Below, in pieces: positions 58,653-64,000 of a DNA stretch of 64,000 nt (its first letter is position 1; each line of letters opens with the position of its first letter). Both the position numbers and the translations under genes were made by a program. Source of the stretch: a virus; IMG/VR virus record IMGVR_UViG_3300047323_000304, positions 32,001-96,000 of that record; one strand, written 5' to 3'. Below the pieces are notes generated by a model, which saw only the letters and a program-made list of their open reading frames with translations, was not told the origin of the DNA and ran no database searches.

Positions 58653-58763
58653 ATGTATTTCCTCCTTAAAATAAAAATAGATACAAGATATTTTCTAAAT
58701 TTATCCTGTATCTATATAATATACCTATTAAGTTTTATTGTCAATAGTATTCTTTTTATTTTA

Positions 58764-61700
58764 TTAATTTAGTTTTTTCCATCCATTTAACCAAATCCAA
58801 GTTCCACCTATTTCTATCCAATCATCTCCTACTTTCTTTGTTTTTGGTTTTTCTGTTGTACTTCCTATTTGAATCATATCATATTGATTTATTATATTTT
58901 TATTGTATGTTTTTTTATATGCCTTATATTTTATTTCTTCACCAGTATCTAATTGATATATCGTAATTAATGGAGCATTTGTTAAATCTACATCTAATAC
59001 TAATCCTTTATCTTTATGTTTAGGATATCTATTGAAGCAGTATCCACATGATTCATGTTGAAATATTAACCTATCTCTTATACTTGTTTTATCTTCTAAT
59101 TTTGAAATAAAATGTTGAACTAATTTGTCTGAATCTAAATCATTAAATTGTTTTTCAGTTGCTCTTCCAAATTGTTCAAATAAATCAATACTATAACCTA
59201 GTTCTTCAATTTGTTCTTTTTTAATAGTCTTTCTACCATTCCATTGATTGTAGATGTCCACTATATTTAATAAATAATTAGGCGAACCAAATTCACTAAA
59301 ATAATCAAGTTTAATTAATAAATCTATCATAGTTTTATTTAATGTTGTAGTTTTTAATTCTTGTAATATATCTATAAATGAATTATATTTATTATTTCTC
59401 ATGTCATATAGTTCTTGTGGTGCATTTTTACCCATGTTTTTTATTGAAGCCAATGAAGGATTTATGCAATTATTTTCTTCATCAATTGCGAAGTTTCTAT
59501 TATCTAATCTAAATTTATACTTTCCTTCTTGAATTCCAAAGGCTTCGCTCATTTCTTTTTTATATGCAGTTACTTTATCTTTTTTACCTTTATCAGTGTA
59601 AGTTTGTAACATAACTGAATAGAAATGATAAGGATAATTTGCTTTTAAATAAGCCCCATATAAACTATCATAAGCATAAGCATATGCATGACTTGCATTG
59701 AAAGCATACTTAGAGAAATCTTCAACGACATGAAAAGATTCTTCAAAACCATCAATATTGCCCGTATTATTAATCCAAGCTTCAGCAAGCCTTCCTTTTA
59801 ATTCTTTTAGTTCCTTATCTTTAAACTTCTTTTTACTTATCTTTTTTATAATTTCATATGTTTCTGTTTGTTCTATTCCTAACCAACCCAAATACGTCAT
59901 AATATTTTCTTGGTACATTATGTAATGAAAACTATCTTCAAGTAAATCGTCTAAAGCTTTAACTCCTGTTGAATATGGATTTCTAGCTAAAAAATTCTGT
60001 AACATAGATTTAAAGCCCGGTCTTAAAGCACTTACTAATGCAGTAACTTCTGCAACATTTTTTGGTTTATATTGTTTACAACATTGTACACCAAAATTAC
60101 TTTCCATTTGATTAACACCTAAAGTATATCCATTAGCATAAATATCCCATGTTTTTCTATCATTTTCTATTATTTTAGTTAATTCTTGAATATCATGTTG
60201 TCCAATACCTATACTATCATAAATCTTTTTAACTGTATTTGCTACATCTACTTTAAGTAAATCATTTTTTACAAACTTATATTCTTCAGCAACATATCCA
60301 TCAACTACTGTTGTAATATATTCTTTTTTTGTACTTTCAGATTTACATTTAATTAATCCTATTTCTCTTCTGATATCACCTTGGTAAAGAAAATATCCAC
60401 AGGGGTGTGGATGTTTATTATCTATAATTCCTTGATATTTTTTACTTTCATCTATATACGATTTATATTTTTCGTCCACATAATCATAAAGATTAATTAA
60501 TTCTTTTTCTTCTTCATTATCAGCATTTTTTAAAGCTTTTTCATATTTTTGAATTTGTTTAGATATTTCATTAGCTAGTTCAAATTCTAATCCTTGAGAT
60601 TTACAATATAATTTAAATGCTGATGAAGTTTTTAATTGACCAAAAGCAATCATTGGATATGCATGATTCTCTCCCAATAAATCTTTTTGAACCTGTGCAA
60701 ATATTTCAACTGTTCCCAAATTCAAATCTAAATCTGGTAGGGACTTTGTAGCAAGAATTCTAGTTTTACTCATAAATCTTTCGGGATATAATTTTACGGG
60801 TGCTTCAAATCTATTTAAATTACTAAATCCTAATAATGTATTAATAAAGAATGATCCACCAGAACCTCTTGCAGTTTTAGATATTATCCCTCCTCGTTCT
60901 TTTCCTTGTTTAACTATCTCATAATCAAGTAAAAAATAATCAGTCATTTTGGTTTCTGTTATTGTTTCAAATTCATTTCTAATACCTTCTAAATATATTT
61001 TCTTTTGTTCTTTTGATAAAAAAGGTAAATAATCTGATTTCCATGATTGATTGATTAATTCCTTTAATTTATTATCTTTCCATTCTTGTGACTTGTCAGG
61101 ATATAAAGTTGGTAGTTTGATGTCCTTATTAAATTCAATATTTTCAAAATTAAGAATTATATTTGTATTATCCATCGCCTTAGTTATTTCTTCTTCTGTC
61201 AATATTCCTTGTGTTTTAAATCTCTCAAAAGCAATGTCATAATTGGGATAATCTAAAAACCATCCTTCTTCGCCTTCATAAAATATACCTTTTGCTTCTA
61301 ATAAATTATCTCTTTCTTTACTATCAGACTCTAATATATAATGGCTATCACACCCCATTATTATATCTATATTATATTTATTTGATAATTTTAATACTTT
61401 TTCATTTAATTTTTTTTGACTATCAGTATTATGAAATTGAACTTCTAAATAGAAATTGTTTTTAAAGTGATTATGTAATTTAATTATAATATCTTCTATA
61501 TCTTTATAATGAAAAAAAGCGACGCAAGCTGACGTTACCATAATATTGTTAGGGTTTAATGATAACAATAATTCTAAATCAACCCTAGGTTTTGCATAGT
61601 ATCCAGTTATGTTAGCTTCTGAAAGAATATCATTAAGTTCTCTTCTTCCCTCCTCATTTTTTGCTAATAATACTATATGTGAATTAGTTCTATCACGTTC

Positions 61701-61994
61701 AAACCTATTTTTAACCCAATAAGCTTCAACACCAAATATAAATTTTAAATCAAGTGGAACATTTGATTCTCCTTCTTCTCGTCTTTTCTTTAACTTTTTA
61801 TTTGTGTTTTTTACTGCTTCATAAACTTTGTAATAGTGAGATTGCCAGCCATGTTCAACACTTGAAATAACTTGATGACCTAATTCTAAAGCCCTATTAA
61901 CATAATCATCAATTGAGGCAGTACTATCAATAGTCATTATATTAGACCAGTATGTATGTTTGTGATAATTTTGAAATGGTTTCATCAACCTCAC
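58764..61994 (-). CDS. dnaE: C-family DNA polymerase (DnaE/Pol III alpha-like) with PHP domain
   Basis: NYHKHTYWS PHP start, ARGSGG, PDLDL, KNDLLKV, MYQE, YAFNASHAYAY, C-terminal OB fold; uninterrupted. Confidence 0.95.
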   Translation of the reverse strand: MRLMKPFQNYHKHTYWSNIMTIDSTASIDDYVNRALELGHQVISSVEHGWQSHYYKVYEAVKNTNKKLKKRREEGESNVPLDLKFIFGVEAYWVKNRFERDRTNSHIVLLAKNEEGRRELNDILSEANITGYYAKPRVDLELLLSLNPNNIMVTSACVAFFHYKDIEDIIIKLHNHFKNNFYLEVQFHNTDSQKKLNEKVLKLSNKYNIDIIMGCDSHYILESDSKERDNLLEAKGIFYEGEEGWFLDYPNYDIAFERFKTQGILTEEEITKAMDNTNIILNFENIEFNKDIKLPTLYPDKSQEWKDNKLKELINQSWKSDYLPFLSKEQKKIYLEGIRNEFETITETKMTDYFLLDYEIVKQGKERGGIISKTARGSGGSFFINTLLGFSNLNRFEAPVKLYPERFMSKTRILATKSLPDLDLNLGTVEIFAQVQKDLLGENHAYPMIAFGQLKTSSAFKLYCKSQGLEFELANEISKQIQKYEKALKNADNEEEKELINLYDYVDEKYKSYIDESKKYQGIIDNKHPHPCGYFLYQGDIRREIGLIKCKSESTKKEYITTVVDGYVAEEYKFVKNDLLKVDVANTVKKIYDSIGIGQHDIQELTKIIENDRKTWDIYANGYTLGVNQMESNFGVQCCKQYKPKNVAEVTALVSALRPGFKSMLQNFLARNPYSTGVKALDDLLEDSFHYIMYQENIMTYLGWLGIEQTETYEIIKKISKKKFKDKELKELKGRLAEAWINNTGNIDGFEESFHVVEDFSKYAFNASHAYAYAYDSLYGAYLKANYPYHFYSVMLQTYTDKGKKDKVTAYKKEMSEAFGIQEGKYKFRLDNRNFAIDEENNCINPSLASIKNMGKNAPQELYDMRNNKYNSFIDILQELKTTTLNKTMIDLLIKLDYFSEFGSPNYLLNIVDIYNQWNGRKTIKKEQIEELGYSIDLFEQFGRATEKQFNDLDSDKLVQHFISKLEDKTSIRDRLIFQHESCGYCFNRYPKHKDKGLVLDVDLTNAPLITIYQLDTGEEIKYKAYKKTYNKNIINQYDMIQIGSTTEKPKTKKVGDDWIEIGGTWIWLNGWKKLN

Positions 61995-62667
61995 CCCTCT
62001 CTACTCTAGTAATTATATTTTCTTTATTTAAATTAAAAATTCTATATAATATATCAATATTTTTATTGTTCTTATAATATTTATTTTGAGTTTTCTCTAG
62101 TGTAACATTATAAAATTCACACCATTCTGTAAAAGTTTTTATAGTATTGTTTATTTTTATATATAAATTATTTCTTCTATTGTTACATTGTTCTTTCATT
62201 GTTGCCCATTTACAGTTATTACATTCATAATTTCCATTAACTTCAATTCTATCAATAGATGTATTGTCTTCTCCAAATTCTTGACAATGTTTTATATAAG
62301 AATTATACATATCTTTTTTGAAATTAATATATTTTTTCCATGAATCACAAACTTTAATATTTCTTCCACCATATCTTTCATAGGAAGTTGCAGTTGGATT
62401 TTCACATCTATTTATAATCCCCTCCCATATTCTATAAAACCTTGTACCTTTATCTCCATGTCTATTTTTTCCAAGAGTATCTGCACAAACTCTACATTGA
62501 TACGATTTACCTGATTTTAAATGACATGATAAAACATCATATTCTCTATCACATTCGCATTTACAATGCCATGCGGTTCTAGTTCCTCTATTTTCTACTT
62601 GATATAATACTCTCCATTTTCCAAACTGTTTGTTTATTAAATTCTCTGCTTTCCCCATATTTTCCAC
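61942..62667 (-). CDS. HNH homing endonuclease
   Basis: WHCKCEC...YRIWEGIINRC...YGGRNIKVC...SIDRIEVNGNYE..NCKWATMKEQ.NNRR. Confidence 0.88.
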   Translation of the reverse strand: MENMGKAENLINKQFGKWRVLYQVENRGTRTAWHCKCECDREYDVLSCHLKSGKSYQCRVCADTLGKNRHGDKGTRFYRIWEGIINRCENPTATSYERYGGRNIKVCDSWKKYINFKKDMYNSYIKHCQEFGEDNTSIDRIEVNGNYECNNCKWATMKEQCNNRRNNLYIKINNTIKTFTEWCEFYNVTLEKTQNKYYKNNKNIDILYRIFNLNKENIITRVERGEVDETISKLSQTYILV

Positions 62668-62688
62668 CTACTTAATATTTTATTTTAT

Positions 62689-63768
62689 TTATAACAAGTC
62701 CTCAAATTCATCTTGTTCTTCAGTATCTTTCTTTTTTCTATTTTTCCAGCTACTATCATTATTTTCTTTATAGTTTTGAAAGTGTTTGCATGGTTTCTTA
62801 CATAACATATTACAAAAGAATTCACTACCTTTATTTAATTCTATACAAGGATAATTTTCTTCAACATCTCCATTTATCTTTATTTCATCAATTATACTAT
62901 CTATCCAATCATCCATTTCTTTTAATGAATCTTCATTTAATTCAACATCTACTTCATGATCTGAAATTGTAAATCTGTCCTTTATTAAATCATCAATTTC
63001 ATTCATATCTATCATTCTTTGAACTCTAATATCTATTTCATTTTCATCTAATCCTTCTTTTTTTAATAATCTCTTTGCAACTGATTTTAATTTATCTCCA
63101 ATAGCATTTCTTTCACATTTTGTTGATTTGTCTACCAGCTTCTTTTTACTATCAATTTCTTGCCAAGTTATATTACAATATTTTAACATATTAAAATATA
63201 ATCTATTTATTTTATAACCTTCTTCCATTAGAGCCTTAGCATATAATAACAATTGCATTCTTTTCTTTTTAAAATCTTGCTTAGTAAAATCAGAACTTGT
63301 CTTATAATCCACTATATCTAAAGTATTGTTTTCATTATGTATAATTAAATCTATAAAACCATATACTAATGTTTTATTTCTGCCTACTAAAGTATCAAAT
63401 CCTTTTTCTATATCATATATTTTATGTTTTGGTTGGTATCGTTCTAAGAAATGAGTTACGCATTCTTTATATGTAATTCCACTTTTTTCAGTTGGGAACT
63501 TTAATCCAAGAACCGTTTCTGCATCTTCTAATGATGTTAAAAATCTTTCAACTGCTATATCATTATTTATTTTATTTTCAACTAAATCTTGACTACATTC
63601 ATGTGCCTCAGTGCCTAAAGAACTATATATACTTTCTGCTCCTCTAATATGTCTTATATATGTAAGAAAATAGTTGTATTTACAATGTGAATATGTACTT
63701 AATTTACTAAAACTGAATTTTTCTTTACCTTTTATGTTATTTTTAAATGTATAATCTCTATTACTCAT
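62689..63768 (-). CDS. PD-(D/E)XK (RecB-like) nuclease
   Basis: FSFSKLSTY..C, GTEAHE, YDIEK, GFIDLI...IVDYKTS, QLLLY, C-terminal C..LC...C. Confidence 0.85.
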   Translation of the reverse strand: MSNRDYTFKNNIKGKEKFSFSKLSTYSHCKYNYFLTYIRHIRGAESIYSSLGTEAHECSQDLVENKINNDIAVERFLTSLEDAETVLGLKFPTEKSGITYKECVTHFLERYQPKHKIYDIEKGFDTLVGRNKTLVYGFIDLIIHNENNTLDIVDYKTSSDFTKQDFKKKRMQLLLYAKALMEEGYKINRLYFNMLKYCNITWQEIDSKKKLVDKSTKCERNAIGDKLKSVAKRLLKKEGLDENEIDIRVQRMIDMNEIDDLIKDRFTISDHEVDVELNEDSLKEMDDWIDSIIDEIKINGDVEENYPCIELNKGSEFFCNMLCKKPCKHFQNYKENNDSSWKNRKKKDTEEQDEFEDLL

Positions 63769-63772
63769 TAAA

Positions 63773-63979
63773 TTACTCCTTAATCCATTTTATATATTCT
63801 TTAACACATTTTTTCATATCTTCTTTTTCTAGATCACATATGCTGTCTTTACTTCCACTTTTTAAATACTTATTATCTTTATCATATATATACCCTACTT
63901 TATAGGTCATAAACGATGATTTTGGTTTTAATTGTTCACATAACTTTATCATTTCTTGTTCAGATATGCCCTCATCCAA
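63773..63979 (-). CDS. Hypothetical protein
   Basis: Co-oriented ORF at window end. Confidence 0.45.
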   Translation of the reverse strand: MDEGISEQEMIKLCEQLKPKSSFMTYKVGYIYDKDNKYLKSGSKDSICDLEKEDMKKCVKEYIKWIKE

Positions 63980-64000
63980 TGTAACAATTATTTTTTTGGG

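Noticed and set aside
1496-61242. Many short opposite-strand or overlapping ORFs in the track (e.g. 8206..8730, 31988..32365, 37402..37815, 52777..53112)
   Set aside because: Shadows of longer, motif-bearing genes; no RBS and biased composition
58764-61994. Intein or intron in dnaE, gyrA/B or ligase
   Set aside because: Proteins read continuously at normal lengths without C...HN splice motifs
1-64000. tRNA, rRNA, CRISPR array, reverse transcriptase/DGR, IS transposase
   Set aside because: None seen by eye: no cloverleaf with T/D-loop motifs, no regularly spaced repeat-spacer array, no RT or transposase motifs in the ORF track

Overview
The whole 64 kb window is phage DNA: very AT-rich and densely coding. 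It reads as part of a large SPbeta/c-st-like temperate (pro)phage of a Clostridium; the choline-type WKQ..GWW wall-binding repeats suggest the beijerinckii/butyricum group, by inference. No host flank or att junction is visible. The + strand (1-33.7 kb) carries the end of the tail/baseplate module interrupted by morons, a lysis pair, an antirepressor/replicon-like cassette, an orphan tailspike plus acetyltransferase, a ~10 kb operon of uncharacterised fibre/propeller-like proteins, two tyrosine recombinases (one next to a dif-like site), an HNH nuclease and a RusA. The - strand (33.9-64 kb) is the early/replication arm: dfr, thyA, ATP-dependent ligase, DUF4942-type methyltransferase, dUTPase, anaerobic RNR, 3D-domain protein, a soluble chemoreceptor, type II topoisomerase A/B, DnaE-type polymerase, HNH nucleases and a PD-(D/E)XK nuclease. 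Best leads: (1) nrdD is split by an ORF-less group I intron at the MG|CR cysteine and is fused in frame to its NrdG activase, with a free-standing HNH gene right downstream; (2) an unannotated type I toxin-antitoxin-like locus with complementary kissing loops (6.05-6.48 kb); (3) the 18.7-28.6 kb operon; (4) a phage-borne cytoplasmic MCP; (5) a dif-like site, recombinase and Rep/iteron cassette suggesting a plasmid-like prophage state. All product calls come from motif recognition by eye; no database search was run.
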